A program made the position numbers and the translations under genes. Shown in pieces: positions 40,401 to 51,029 of a DNA stretch of 64,000 bases. Below the pieces are notes generated by a model. It worked only from the letters and a program-made list of their open reading frames with translations. It was not told where the DNA came from and made no database searches. Numbering within the stretch: the first letter of the stretch is position 1; each line of letters starts with the position of its first letter. The DNA comes from a virus: IMG/VR virus record IMGVR_UViG_3300044844_000854, positions 1 through 64,000 of that record; one strand, 5' to 3'.

Positions 40401-40835
40401 GTAATGGTTGCAGGTATTGATCTTCTCATACAATTATTTTTAAAACTAGCAGAAGTAGCAGGTATCAAAACTGTAGCAGCATTTGGTGATGCTTATAATA
40501 AACAAAAAGAAAATCTTATGGCAAAAGGTAAAGAAATTATGAACTCTGTATCTACTGTTCCTGATATGGGTATGGGAAATATGGAATTACCTAAAGAATT
40601 GAATATATCACCTGATCAATTATCATCAAAATCCTTAGAAGTGCCAAGTGGTGCAGATATGATTGATTTTAAAGGATTGCCACAATTACAGTCATCTTCA
40701 CCTGTCACTGTAAATATTACACTTAAAGAAGCTATTATAGAGCCTACAAGTGATGTATTCTTAAAGAAAGTAGCTAATACACTTGTACCACATATTCAAG
40801 ATGCACTTAATAGAAACAATACATCTATTGGATAA
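37473..40835 (+). CDS. Tape measure protein
   Basis: 1120 aa, helical, with several hydrophobic segments in the C-terminal third; follows the chaperone. Confidence 0.85.
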   Translation: MANYNIAISVDTAGAIQSLNALKTSLDNTQKALDNTENGAKDTAKSMGNAFGDVAQQLQNFDQGITRIVENFLKLKGVADELLNKSLEQFKKNEQERLSLDVVLNTQGAFGDMQKFKDKILPTMSLNISNDLAKAKALANSDPKYMKDFDSLIKSMLFIGAKQADVENFKIEYASKTGTDLNNFINETLSNAQQSRIDMAKKADTEIQRLYQTTKFSQGQITAMFTDMISKGIDPGVLTEKNVKTKDGNVSMLDKIVQLGATFTDELGGADTALLEAGKLVHQVLNVASPGYQTDFAENTQHLGTYLDQMITAFNKTPLTIKNVGDVLVRNMGLNQKFYATTFPEFLAMSGKLLNAKSGAETGEYLHAFQRGFILMQQNIDRQIEEKQVELQTQGKQGLTLQPKVRKTAKALSTANLQNDEILKLTNASGFKQLLNQIMLDENTTTQLSQLAGTGQFNQIPALIETFAKGKGITLEQGTMNSMSQVMLGLKGEMDSLSKGLQSLTPELAAELVQSNVLKDLGNGVYELIRGIGENSKIVEENGKKFYSGKSIANQGTQYKIGEQMPIIAKGVSGNYSYADFAGNQELFIQKQLDELGAQSFAYNLFGNDLLLSFFNLVTLGGNFQEILSGIQSGVFTLDESYKQFEQTLSNAIQINEGLMDGMFRAFSNNVGFVNLSFEKLKTTLMSSYLNIDKETRLMSDGATSNVLLILSTIGKVGAIIGSALALSASYSLIVPYLTMNALGEKVGMLANLKTRFIEMIPFLKYLSIGALVVVGLAFAFQKLFANGTDLGKKFQDIGGIFNNYIIPAFVTGKKKTDGASKAVIVLQDAAISIRSVLIGFMDGFSDALLVAVKGVTFFCMLIGSLIGLLFGASMGHEEVSKYIGYVGYALGILLPLIFLYNKLTAITAFITTFATKRVFIFFAIIGGLIAIFSLLQEYGLVVVGIVGLLALGFGFFGKATWGAMIPLLKFIGIVLVMVAGIDLLIQLFLKLAEVAGIKTVAAFGDAYNKQKENLMAKGKEIMNSVSTVPDMGMGNMELPKELNISPDQLSSKSLEVPSGADMIDFKGLPQLQSSSPVTVNITLKEAIIEPTSDVFLKKVANTLVPHIQDALNRNNTSIG

Positions 40836-40925
40836 TGTATAAAAAACGGAATGTATAAAAAAAGGAATATAAAATCTCTTTAGTATGATATATTATGAAA
40901 ACAAAAATACTAAGGAGAATAAACA

Positions 40926-41540
40926 ATGGCAGACAATTTAGGTAGTAAGAATAGTTGGTTTAAAACTACACTCGAAAAAGGTAGTATAGAAGTATATGAT
41001 CCTTCACAAAGACAGATTAGAGATGAGATTGGGTTTCAATTTATCCCTAGAGATGTTGTGGTAAAATACAATCCAAACTATGAATTTTTATCTGCACCAC
41101 AAGGTTTAAGGAATTTTGCTCAATTTGGTAGCACTAAACCAAGAGTAATTTCATTTGAACTTATGTATATTGGATCTACTCAAGATAATGATCTTAAAGA
41201 GATAGATACTATACAAAAAAAATTAAAATCTTTAGTTACACCTACAAGCATAGATAATACTAAATTAAAAACAGATATTGTTACTTTCCAAAACATAAGA
41301 TTAGCACCACCACTTGTTAGATTAAAAATGGGTAATCTTGTTCAGGACACTACAGATAAATTGCCTATTGGTGTAATCTCTTCTCTTACAATTAAGGGAT
41401 TAAGTGTATCACCTAATGGACTTAAACTAAATCGCTTTAGTGCTGATATAGAATTTACAGAAAGCACAACAGATTATGGTTTAAACTTTGAAAATCAAGT
41501 CATATACCAAGAAATGAAGGCTAAAGGAATAATAAAATGA
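40926..41540 (+). CDS. CIS-tube-like / tail tube initiator protein
   Basis: FQFIP, QFGSTKPRVISFEL, APPLVRLKMG, GVISSLTI. Confidence 0.7.
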   Translation: MADNLGSKNSWFKTTLEKGSIEVYDPSQRQIRDEIGFQFIPRDVVVKYNPNYEFLSAPQGLRNFAQFGSTKPRVISFELMYIGSTQDNDLKEIDTIQKKLKSLVTPTSIDNTKLKTDIVTFQNIRLAPPLVRLKMGNLVQDTTDKLPIGVISSLTIKGLSVSPNGLKLNRFSADIEFTESTTDYGLNFENQVIYQEMKAKGIIK

Positions 41541-41842
41541 GATATGATACTTCTAGAATTAACTATACGAATTATGATCTTGATGATAGTAGTAAGAACA
41601 CTATTGATGTAGTAATACCTACTAGATATACTAATCCCTTTTTTAACTATTCCGTTTTTTCTATGGGATTATACACTACTCAATTTAGCGATACTTACCA
41701 ATCTATTGCACAGAAACTTTACAATAATCAATTGTCTTGGCATACCATTGCAGATTTAAATCCTGAGTATGATGCACTTGAATATTGTGATGGATTACCT
41801 GATAACATTACAATTAAGGTGATCATTACAGAAAGCAAATAA
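41537..41842 (+). CDS. LysM / tail-X-like baseplate protein
   Basis: DTYQSIAQKLYNNQLSWHTIADLNP. Confidence 0.75.
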   Translation: MRYDTSRINYTNYDLDDSSKNTIDVVIPTRYTNPFFNYSVFSMGLYTTQFSDTYQSIAQKLYNNQLSWHTIADLNPEYDALEYCDGLPDNITIKVIITESK

Positions 41843-41867
41843 CATAGAAAAAAACGGACATTAAAAA

Positions 41868-43496
41868 ATGGGAACAATAAAAAAAACACAAAAACTACCT
41901 AACCTACCAATAGATGCTAAATCAATCTACTCTATCGACTTAATGACAGAGTATATTCCATATTTCTTAGTATATGTAAAACATACAGAAGATACAGAAT
42001 ATAGACCTATTGGTGATAAATTAATGGCAAGACTCACTGATTTAGAAATACAACTTACAGATAGGAAATCACCTCTTATAGAGATCACAATTGCACTTGA
42101 GAGTATGTTTATTTCTAGCAATGTCTTTGCTTATGACTCACAAGCACTTATAGGAACTTATTATAACTTAGACAATGCACCCAAATCAAATAAAGCTTTA
42201 CCTATTACAGATGATTTACTAAGAGATGAATTTGTTAGCTCTATTGATGGTATCACTAAATTCTTTGATTTAGGTAAAAAGGTAAAACTTGATTATGGAT
42301 ACAATGGATTTTACTCTACAATAGAGAACTATGATATTACTGACTTTAAACTACAGTTAAAGAATGGTGGTGTTGTTGCTACAATCATTGCTCAAAAATT
42401 GGGAAGAAGAAAAGACATCATATATCCTGCAATCGTATATACTAAAGGCACTGTTATAGATATTCTTAGAGATTTGGTATATCGCACAGGTATTGAACTT
42501 GATCCAAATATTATAGAAGATACACAAAAAGAACTTAAAGCATTAGAAAGTCAAATCTATGACGAAGAATTATCTTTAGATTTTCTTATCCAACAAGAAA
42601 GTGAACTTTACACTCAATACATAAATGAACTAGCTAAATCACCTATTAGTAGTAGCGATATTGAGGCTCAAATACCTACATCAAATGTAGATGATATAAA
42701 TGGTAGAGATATAGTTAAGGTAGATGCAACTGTATTTATCTTACTTTCCGATAAATTCTTAGAGATTATCCAATTAAGAAAAGATATTCTCACACAAAGA
42801 GAAACAATTGCAGAGATTAAAGCTACTGCTAAAAACACATCTGCATTCTCAGATACATTTAAACTTTATGAATATACAAGTGATGAACCATTTGTTGTAG
42901 AAAGTGCAACAATAAGAAAAACACTTTTGGATTTACTTAAAACACTAAACATTACACTAGAAGGCTCTCAGGATAAACTATCACTAACAAGAGAGAATGA
43001 CTATAAACTATCTTATGGTAAGCCTAATAGTGAAATTAAATCCATCACATTTAAAACAGAAGATTTACAAGAAAAAGCTAGATATTCAGGCAAACCTATA
43101 ATTACTAGAAATACTGTAAATCAAGGTACTGAAAAGATAAATTTAAATACATCTACAAGCCCAGCAGGTACTCAAAAGATAGATTTAAATCCATTGCCTA
43201 CTATCTCACAAAGAGGTGCTACTGCAAAAACAAGAAGTTCATATGAACAAGCTAAGATCAATCGTAATGCAAGAAATGTTTTGACTGCAAGTGTTGAAAT
43301 GCTTACAGGTTATCCTGCATTTTACCCTTTAGATAAAATTGAACTTGATTTAGGTAATTCATTTTACTCAGGTGTTTATGTTATAGATCATGTGATACAT
43401 GAATTTTCTGATAGTGGATTTAAGACAAAAATGGAATTAAACAAAGAAGCATCTAAAAAACTTAAACCTAAAGCTAAAGAAGGCACTCTTAGATAA
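41868..43496 (+). CDS. Baseplate hub (gpD / gp27-like)
   Basis: GKKVKLDYGY; C-terminal GYPAF...IEL.LG..YSGVYVIDHVIHEFSDSGFKT. Confidence 0.75.
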   Translation: MGTIKKTQKLPNLPIDAKSIYSIDLMTEYIPYFLVYVKHTEDTEYRPIGDKLMARLTDLEIQLTDRKSPLIEITIALESMFISSNVFAYDSQALIGTYYNLDNAPKSNKALPITDDLLRDEFVSSIDGITKFFDLGKKVKLDYGYNGFYSTIENYDITDFKLQLKNGGVVATIIAQKLGRRKDIIYPAIVYTKGTVIDILRDLVYRTGIELDPNIIEDTQKELKALESQIYDEELSLDFLIQQESELYTQYINELAKSPISSSDIEAQIPTSNVDDINGRDIVKVDATVFILLSDKFLEIIQLRKDILTQRETIAEIKATAKNTSAFSDTFKLYEYTSDEPFVVESATIRKTLLDLLKTLNITLEGSQDKLSLTRENDYKLSYGKPNSEIKSITFKTEDLQEKARYSGKPIITRNTVNQGTEKINLNTSTSPAGTQKIDLNPLPTISQRGATAKTRSSYEQAKINRNARNVLTASVEMLTGYPAFYPLDKIELDLGNSFYSGVYVIDHVIHEFSDSGFKTKMELNKEASKKLKPKAKEGTLR

Positions 43497-43505
43497 GGAA
43501 TAGTC

Positions 43506-44921
43506 ATGGCAAGATTTACTAAAGGTTTAATGACCTACAAACAAGAAGAATATGAAACAAAACAATATGGTATATTTGCAGGTGTTGTTAAAGATACAAA
43601 TGATCCCCTTAAATTTGGTAGAGTAAAGGTATTTTGCCCATCTATCTATGCAGATCAACTTTCGCCCTGGTGTACACCATGCTTTCCAGGTGGTATGGGT
43701 ATGGAAAGTGGATTTGTAATTATACCAAGATTAGAAACTTATGTATGGGTAACATTTGAGGCAGGTGATGTATCTGCACCAATTTACTTAGGTGGATTTG
43801 CAGTAGAAACCCCTATAGGTAGAAATAGTGATAATTCAATTGTAGAGAATGATATTAAACACCAAGCAAATTCATCACCATTACCTACACATTCACAAGC
43901 AATCCCACAGGGTAGTGATGTATCTAGTATTCATACAACAGGTGCTACATTGCCACCTTCATTCAATTCTAGCTATGGTAGTAATATTGTATTTAAAACA
44001 CCTAGTGGCAACATGATTGAATTAGATGATACAGATGGTTATGAACGAATATCACTAAAGCATAATACAGATAGCTTAATGGAAATTAGAAATGATGGCA
44101 CAATCAATACTGTATCTACAGGTAACCAATACCAATATGTCGCAGGTGTGCTTAATCAAAAGATAGAAAAAGATAAAATTGTAGACACCAATATGTCTTT
44201 ATTTGAAACTGTTAATGGTAATGTTGTTAAGAATTACTTATCTAATTATTCACTAAATATAGGTGAAGATTTTTCACTTTCCGTTTTTTCAGGTGATGAG
44301 AATAAGGTTTGTAACTCACTTACTCATACTGTAAATGGTAGCTCTATCACATCTACATTAGGTGATCTTGAATTTTCTTCAGGCGGTAGCTTTAATCTTG
44401 CAGGTGCAAATAGCTTAAATCTATTCTCTATTGCAAATACTACAATCTTCTCTAGCAATTCACTAGATATTACAGGTTTAACTAAATCCATATCCATAAA
44501 GGGTAGCAATGGTGTTGCTGAATTAAATGCAAGTGATAGAACTAATCTTATATCCTATGGTGTAGAATGTATTGCTAATCCACAAACACTTACACAACAG
44601 GTATTTTTAGGTAATACTACTTTACCAAGTGCATCTCGTGTAGGTCCTACTACAATCCCTTTACTTAAAGAAGGTGTTGTTATGGGGACACAATTACAGA
44701 TTATGCTTACTGCTGTTATTCAAGCTATCTCTACCTATGCTAAACTACTATCTGCAGGTGGGAATGCACCAGGTCTTGGATTACCTGATCCCACACTAGC
44801 AGCAGCAAATATTGCACTTACTGTAGCACTAGATACAATTACTGCATTATACTTGACACCTATACCACCAAGTGGTAATCCTTTATTTGCTAGTGATAGT
44901 GTATTTGTATCTAAGAAATAA
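43506..44921 (+). CDS. Baseplate spike (gp5/VgrG/gpV OB-fold)
   Basis: GVVKDTNDPLKFGRVKV, IPRLETYVWVTFEAGD..PIYLG, TPSGNMIELDDTDG.ERI. Confidence 0.9.
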   Translation: MARFTKGLMTYKQEEYETKQYGIFAGVVKDTNDPLKFGRVKVFCPSIYADQLSPWCTPCFPGGMGMESGFVIIPRLETYVWVTFEAGDVSAPIYLGGFAVETPIGRNSDNSIVENDIKHQANSSPLPTHSQAIPQGSDVSSIHTTGATLPPSFNSSYGSNIVFKTPSGNMIELDDTDGYERISLKHNTDSLMEIRNDGTINTVSTGNQYQYVAGVLNQKIEKDKIVDTNMSLFETVNGNVVKNYLSNYSLNIGEDFSLSVFSGDENKVCNSLTHTVNGSSITSTLGDLEFSSGGSFNLAGANSLNLFSIANTTIFSSNSLDITGLTKSISIKGSNGVAELNASDRTNLISYGVECIANPQTLTQQVFLGNTTLPSASRVGPTTIPLLKEGVVMGTQLQIMLTAVIQAISTYAKLLSAGGNAPGLGLPDPTLAAANIALTVALDTITALYLTPIPPSGNPLFASDSVFVSKK

Positions 44922-44960
44922 CAATAACAATAACAATGATAAAAAACGGAATAGTAAAAA

Positions 44961-45155
44961 ATGACTAAACAAGAACTAATCGACTTACTAAACCAAGCAG
45001 ATAAAGATGCAATTGGATTTGATGTAGGTGCAGAAGGCGATAAGAAGATCAATGATAAAAACACTGCTTTAGCTGAAAACCTAATCAAATTTATGACAGA
45101 AAGCCTTGTGATAGATGTAGGTGGTATTACTTATCCTATAAAGGTGATACAATAA
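44961..45155 (+). CDS. Small baseplate-region protein
   Basis: 64 aa, coupled to its neighbours, motif copy upstream. Confidence 0.55.
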   Translation: MTKQELIDLLNQADKDAIGFDVGAEGDKKINDKNTALAENLIKFMTESLVIDVGGITYPIKVIQ

Positions 45156-45619
45156 TGAATGAGAAATTCCCCTTTACTGAATATATGGATAACCCTTTAG
45201 AATATATAAACAATTTACCTAGAAACCAATCAAATGCACTACAAGATCAAATCAAAACACTTGTAGATGAAATTGAAACTAAAAACAAACCATTTTGGGA
45301 AGAACAAGGCATTACAGAAGAGCAAGCATTACAACCAATTCTTGAAAGAACACTTGCAATGACTGAAATGATTAAAGGCACTGATAAAGGTAAGGAACTG
45401 CTAAAAAACGGAGATGTAAAAAAACAATTAAATCAAACACTCTTAGATATGAAAAATATGATAAATCTAGTAGGATATATTCAAAAGTCTAATGAAATAT
45501 CAAACCTAAAGCAAACTATGACAGGTCTTGCTAATGAGGTTGAAAGGAGTAAACATGAAATCCTACAAAGATTACCAATCCAACCAAACACCAATAGAAA
45601 AATCGGAACTACAAAATAG
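45155..45619 (+). CDS. Hypothetical helical protein
   Basis: TAATG stop/start coupling. Confidence 0.6.
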   Translation: MNEKFPFTEYMDNPLEYINNLPRNQSNALQDQIKTLVDEIETKNKPFWEEQGITEEQALQPILERTLAMTEMIKGTDKGKELLKNGDVKKQLNQTLLDMKNMINLVGYIQKSNEISNLKQTMTGLANEVERSKHEILQRLPIQPNTNRKIGTTK

Positions 45620-47045
45620 TGTAAAAACGGAACAGATCAAAAAAGCCTTAGAAAACTCTTCTATTATTACAGGCACACCATCTGTAAACTACACAAAGGA
45701 ACAACCTTTAGGACAACAGGTATCTAATACATTATCCGACTATGCTAAAAACCAAATAGGGAAACAAATAGCAGATGGATTTACTAGTGATGTATATAAA
45801 GATAGTGCATTTAATCAAAGCTATAATGGTGTAGAAGATTTTGCCAACAATTTTGGTAATAAACTAGGAATGTCTTGGCAAAAAACCTCACCATTTGACT
45901 TCTTAGGACTTACGGATAATTTACAAGATGCAATCGACCCTGTTAAAGGTGGTATTGACACTATTAAGGGTATTATTGATCTTGTTGTAGCCGTTATTGA
46001 TTTTGTAGCTAATCTCTTAATACTTACTGCAAATCTAGTGCAAGCTATTTTGACTGCATTCATTAAACTACTAGAAGCAGTTAGAGATTTACTTGTGAAT
46101 ACTAATATGTTTGTCTTAAATGCAAGTGAAAAAGCACTTACAGATAGAAGTGTTTATAATCAACTAATGGAAAAGGCTGTTCCTAGCTTAAAAACAAATC
46201 AAGATATTATACCTGATTTACTTACAAGCAGATACTTTACACCTAGCGAAACCATAAGAAGAATTTCCCTTAGCTATGATGATGAATTTGATAAAAATAG
46301 ACCTATAGGTGTTACAGGTGGTGATATTCATTTGGTTGTTATGCCATATCTTTTAGCACCAAATATAGGTAACATTATCCAACTCTATACACAATTCTTA
46401 GCATTACTAGATAAAAAAGCATTTAAAGATATACTTGATAGAATAAATAATATGGCAAATCCCGATTATGTAAATAAATTAAAGGATAGACAATATCCCT
46501 ACTACCTTTATAAAGATGGTCAAGGTCAATCACCTAATTGGACTAAAAAAGGATTAAGTGACATTACAGGTGTAGATGCTATTGTTAATTCACTAAACAA
46601 ATTGATTGCTACACTAAAGGTTGCAAATAGTGCCGTAGAATTATTTAAACAAGCAGTACGACTATTCCAACAAAGAGTAAAACAAATTCAAGCAATTATA
46701 GATCGTATTCTTACTGCTATACAAGATTTAATTCAATTGACTACAATCCCTATAGGTGCTCTTACTATGTTTGGTACAGGTAGCATAGATACTGTTCAAC
46801 AAGCATTCTTAGACTCACTAAATCACCCTACATCACCACTACAAGAAAAAGATGATGAAGGAAATTTACTAATACAATCTCAAGCAAATGTATCTATGTT
46901 AGCTTATGTGATACACTTACAATTGGGTACAGGTAGTGCAATTGAATTTCTTAAAGCTCTATTCTCTGTTAGAGATGCAGCAGTTAATGTATATTCAGGT
47001 GCTACAAATACTTCAAACATTCAAGTTAGCTACGATAATATATAA
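45555..47045 (+). CDS. Hypothetical baseplate-region protein with amphipathic helices
   Basis: AGGAG RBS favours ATG 45555; two similar helical blocks (W...SPFDFLG and W...GLSDITG). Confidence 0.7.
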   Translation: MKSYKDYQSNQTPIEKSELQNSVKTEQIKKALENSSIITGTPSVNYTKEQPLGQQVSNTLSDYAKNQIGKQIADGFTSDVYKDSAFNQSYNGVEDFANNFGNKLGMSWQKTSPFDFLGLTDNLQDAIDPVKGGIDTIKGIIDLVVAVIDFVANLLILTANLVQAILTAFIKLLEAVRDLLVNTNMFVLNASEKALTDRSVYNQLMEKAVPSLKTNQDIIPDLLTSRYFTPSETIRRISLSYDDEFDKNRPIGVTGGDIHLVVMPYLLAPNIGNIIQLYTQFLALLDKKAFKDILDRINNMANPDYVNKLKDRQYPYYLYKDGQGQSPNWTKKGLSDITGVDAIVNSLNKLIATLKVANSAVELFKQAVRLFQQRVKQIQAIIDRILTAIQDLIQLTTIPIGALTMFGTGSIDTVQQAFLDSLNHPTSPLQEKDDEGNLLIQSQANVSMLAYVIHLQLGTGSAIEFLKALFSVRDAAVNVYSGATNTSNIQVSYDNI

Positions 47046-47056
47046 GGATAAACAAA

Positions 47057-47437
47057 ATGAACATTACACAGATTAAGGGATTATCATTTCCCTTTAGATT
47101 TAATGCAAATGGTAGTACGGATACACAAACATCACTAGATAAGATTGGTGCAAATCTCAAAATGATTGCAATCACTACATTAGGTGAACGAATTTATAGA
47201 CCTACATTTGGTAATGAAATCACTAAATACCAATTTAGAAACATTGATTTACTAGATATTCCTGCAATCAAACAAGATTTAAAACTTGCATTTAATCGTT
47301 TTGAGCCTAGAGCAATCATTACAAACATTGAAATTACCAAACAAGGTAATCAAGGCACTGTATATGTAGATGTATCTTATGGTGTTACTCAAAATGGCTT
47401 ACAATTACAAGTAAGTAATATTACTTTTTCCCTTTAG
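47057..47437 (+). CDS. Baseplate wedge gp25/gpW-like protein
   Basis: GLSFPFRF, TTLGERIYRPTFG, FEPRA. Confidence 0.92.
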   Translation: MNITQIKGLSFPFRFNANGSTDTQTSLDKIGANLKMIAITTLGERIYRPTFGNEITKYQFRNIDLLDIPAIKQDLKLAFNRFEPRAIITNIEITKQGNQGTVYVDVSYGVTQNGLQLQVSNITFSL

Positions 47438-47486
47438 TAAATATATGATGTATAGTGAAAAAACGGAAAATAACAAAGGATAAAAC

Positions 47487-49385
47487 ATGAGAACACTAAA
47501 GACAAAATCACTAGGTAACTTACCAATACAACTAGAGCCTACATCTAAAGAATTTCTATCCATTAGACAATCTATGCTAGATACGATTGATCAAATTGCA
47601 CCTGAATGGACGGATAGATATGCAGGTGATTTAGGTATTGTGCTTGTAGAACTTATGGCATATATGGGGGATATTCTTTCATATAACATAGATAAAGCAC
47701 AAAATGAAAGCTACCTTGCTACTGCTCAAGAACGAAAAAATATCATCAAACTTTTAGAACTAATTGGCTATAATTTAAAATCAGGTAGTCCTGCACAAGT
47801 ACCTATGGCAATCATTACTACTCAAGACCTTGTTACTATCCCTAAAGGTACTATTGTAGAGAGTAATGTAGGTGGTTATAGGTTTGAGTCACTTGAAAAC
47901 ATTGTGCTACAGGAGGCTGGTGTATATTGCCAAGCTGAATATGCAAGCCAATTATCACTTGCTTTAGGTGTAGAAGTAAATGCAATTAACAATGCTATTT
48001 TCTCTAGTGGTATTACTAAAACTGCATTACTTGGTAAATCAAATGGAAAAGCTAATCAAACTTTTATCCTTAGCGATATTGGTATTGTTATTGGTAGTAA
48101 TAGCGACTTATCATTACAAATCAATGGTGCTACATGGACTGCACAAGAGTCATTTCTTGACACCGAGTCGGATAGTTTGGTTTATACTTATCGACTAAAT
48201 GATGATGATACGGTTACAATTACATTTGGTAATGATTTAAATGGGGCAATTCCTGCAATTAACCAAAATATCAACATTACTTATCGTGCAGGTGTTGGGC
48301 AAAAATACAATGCAATTGGTATAGGTGCAATTAGCAATCTAAAGAGTTCAATTCAAGGCATTGCTACAATTTACAATGTTGCACAACCAAGTGGTGGTAG
48401 TGATAGTGAGTCAAATGATAGTGCTAAAAGAAATGGACCATTATCACTTAAAGCACTTGATAGGGCAATCACACTACAAGACTTTGAAACATTAGCAATT
48501 AAAACACCAAATGCAGGTATCAAATCTGCTAGAGCTGTTGCAGGTGAAGGTGCTTATGATGTAGAAGTATATGTTGCTTGTGAAGGACAAAATCCAATCC
48601 CTAGTGGTAGGTGGTATCGTGATTTCAACACAGGCACAGGTATAGTAGGTATGGTAGGTAGGTATCTTTTTGATCGTAAGCCTATCCCTACACGATTACT
48701 TGTAGCACCTTGTAGAGCGGTACAAATTAAACTAAATGCTAAGATTGGTGCATTATCTAACTACTTAAATGCAGAAGTAAAACTAAATGTGCTAAACTCT
48801 ATTAGAACTGAATTGCTTAGATTATCTGATAGCTTTGGTAGATCATTGCCATTATCAAGGGTAATTCAAATCATTGAAAATAGTAGAGGTGTGGATTATT
48901 GTGATATTATTACACTACATAGGAAACCTGTGCTTGTATTTAAGAATGGTAGCAATCAAAATGCAATTGATTTAGCTACACTTGATTTTGACTATGCATC
49001 TATCAGTGAAACTACTGTAGAAGATACTTATTATATAGAGTGGCAATCTACATTATCCTTTTTTATCAAGTCCGAAAAAAACGGGTATATCAAAAATGAT
49101 AATACTAAGCTATTTGTAATGAATACACAGAGTAAAACATTCACAATATACACTTTACCTATAGTAGATACAGAAGATACACCTGAGAGATATAAGCAAT
49201 TTACATTTACTCTTACTTTAGGTAATTCACTACCTACACAAGATGATATTTGGGAATTAAAGGTATCTCGAAAGATTGATACAATTACACTATCACCTAA
49301 TGAGATCATTGTGCCTAGATTACTTGGTAACAATCTCTTACTTGATGAGAATGATATTAAAATCAATGTTGTTGGAGGTAAATGA
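47487..49385 (+). CDS. Baseplate J-like wedge protein
   Basis: PEWTD...DLGIVLVELMAYMGDILSY..D, FG....GAIP, GGSDSES, RAITLQDFE. Confidence 0.92.
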   Translation: MRTLKTKSLGNLPIQLEPTSKEFLSIRQSMLDTIDQIAPEWTDRYAGDLGIVLVELMAYMGDILSYNIDKAQNESYLATAQERKNIIKLLELIGYNLKSGSPAQVPMAIITTQDLVTIPKGTIVESNVGGYRFESLENIVLQEAGVYCQAEYASQLSLALGVEVNAINNAIFSSGITKTALLGKSNGKANQTFILSDIGIVIGSNSDLSLQINGATWTAQESFLDTESDSLVYTYRLNDDDTVTITFGNDLNGAIPAINQNINITYRAGVGQKYNAIGIGAISNLKSSIQGIATIYNVAQPSGGSDSESNDSAKRNGPLSLKALDRAITLQDFETLAIKTPNAGIKSARAVAGEGAYDVEVYVACEGQNPIPSGRWYRDFNTGTGIVGMVGRYLFDRKPIPTRLLVAPCRAVQIKLNAKIGALSNYLNAEVKLNVLNSIRTELLRLSDSFGRSLPLSRVIQIIENSRGVDYCDIITLHRKPVLVFKNGSNQNAIDLATLDFDYASISETTVEDTYYIEWQSTLSFFIKSEKNGYIKNDNTKLFVMNTQSKTFTIYTLPIVDTEDTPERYKQFTFTLTLGNSLPTQDDIWELKVSRKIDTITLSPNEIIVPRLLGNNLLLDENDIKINVVGGK

Positions 49386-50917
49386 TGAGAAAAATCTTAC
49401 AAGGTTGGCAATTCTCTAAGGTAAGAACTACTGAAATTGCAGATATTGTAGAAATAGGCAATCAAATCCCCCTACTAATCGAAGAAACTAATCTTCCTTT
49501 AGGTACAACTATTCATAGGGTAGTAGTAAGACAATCAATCATAAATGTAGGTGGTCAAATATCTTATGTACTTTCTAAAGCAATTGAAGATAGTCCACAA
49601 ATCACTACTGATTGTTTAATTGTTAAGGTTGGTATCCCTTTAGATACAGCTCAATTCACATTTACAGGTGATATTGCTATCCTATCTTCTGAAATTGAAT
49701 ACCCTAGAGCATATGATTTAAATAGATATAAGCTAGAATTTGAAGGATATGTAAATTCATACTCTACATATCGAGATGAATATATCACACAAATCATTTT
49801 ACCTAGCACAAGTGGTATTGTTAAATATATAACACTACTTTATAAGGTAAATTTGGTAGGTGTACAAAGTGATCCATTCTATATCTACTCTCAAGTAAAT
49901 TGCCTTAATAGTGGTGTTGCAAATAAACTCTACAATCCTTTAGAAAGTAAATTAGGTTTAAAGCTATTCAATCGCTTACCTGCATACCTTAAAAAAGAAG
50001 ATGAAAAAAACGGAAATGCAACAAAAAAACTACTTAATATATTAGGTAGAACACTTGATGATGTAGAAACTAAAGTAAATCAAATCAAAAATACATATGA
50101 TGTAGATAATGTAAATGCAGATAAAATACCATACATAGATAATCTTTTAGGTTGGGAAACAAATTTTGAACTAAATGAACAGATTAGAAGATTTGAAACA
50201 AAAACTGCTATAGATGTATATAAGACTAAATCAACAACTAGAAGTATTGAACTTATCCTACAAGAGATACTTGGTTGGAATGTAGAAATTCAAGAGGGCT
50301 ACCCTTATGTCTTTAGCTTAAATCAAAAACCTTATGAATTACTAGCTAAGCCTGATGATTGGAATGATACTACAGATGGTGATTGGGATCAATTGTTAGC
50401 AAACTCACCTTTATCTGTTACATATAATACAGATATGGGTATTGTTGATATAGGCTCTACATTCTCACCTATTGCAATCTTACCATCATTTTCAGATAAA
50501 AAAGATAACACAAGCAACAATTTTCAAAATCTAAATGGTGTACTTATTAAGCTATACCCACTACCTAATCGTAGGGTAAAATTAGGAAGAGATTTACTAG
50601 ATAAGCTAAATGTATTACTACCACAACTATTGGTACATTATGCAGACTATTTTATCTCTGTTCAAGATGTATTTGATGAAACTATTAGACTTGGTATTGC
50701 TGATGACTATGATGATTTCTTAGGTTATGTCAATGGTGAAACACTTGGGCTCAAATCTAAGAGTGGTACAAAAACACCATCACTTGTATTGTTTGAAACT
50801 TGGGGTGAAGATCGTGATTATGATAGCTTACTAAATGATGATTTTTATAGGCTATTCCATAATGCTATGGGTATTGCAGGTAGCAATGTGGACGGTGGTT
50901 ATACACCAAACGAATAA
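49382..50917 (+). CDS. Baseplate wedge / P2 gpI-like tail protein
   Basis: LFNRLPAYL..ED, IPYIDNLLGW, AIDVYKTKSTTRSIE. Confidence 0.75.
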   Translation: MMRKILQGWQFSKVRTTEIADIVEIGNQIPLLIEETNLPLGTTIHRVVVRQSIINVGGQISYVLSKAIEDSPQITTDCLIVKVGIPLDTAQFTFTGDIAILSSEIEYPRAYDLNRYKLEFEGYVNSYSTYRDEYITQIILPSTSGIVKYITLLYKVNLVGVQSDPFYIYSQVNCLNSGVANKLYNPLESKLGLKLFNRLPAYLKKEDEKNGNATKKLLNILGRTLDDVETKVNQIKNTYDVDNVNADKIPYIDNLLGWETNFELNEQIRRFETKTAIDVYKTKSTTRSIELILQEILGWNVEIQEGYPYVFSLNQKPYELLAKPDDWNDTTDGDWDQLLANSPLSVTYNTDMGIVDIGSTFSPIAILPSFSDKKDNTSNNFQNLNGVLIKLYPLPNRRVKLGRDLLDKLNVLLPQLLVHYADYFISVQDVFDETIRLGIADDYDDFLGYVNGETLGLKSKSGTKTPSLVLFETWGEDRDYDSLLNDDFYRLFHNAMGIAGSNVDGGYTPNE

Positions 50918-51029
50918 CATTAAAATAGAATGATGAAAAAAAACGGAACATAAAAAAAAGATTATGCTATACACTACACCTTAGATATTATATAAAGAGA
51001 TACAAAGACATACACTAAAGGAATACAAT

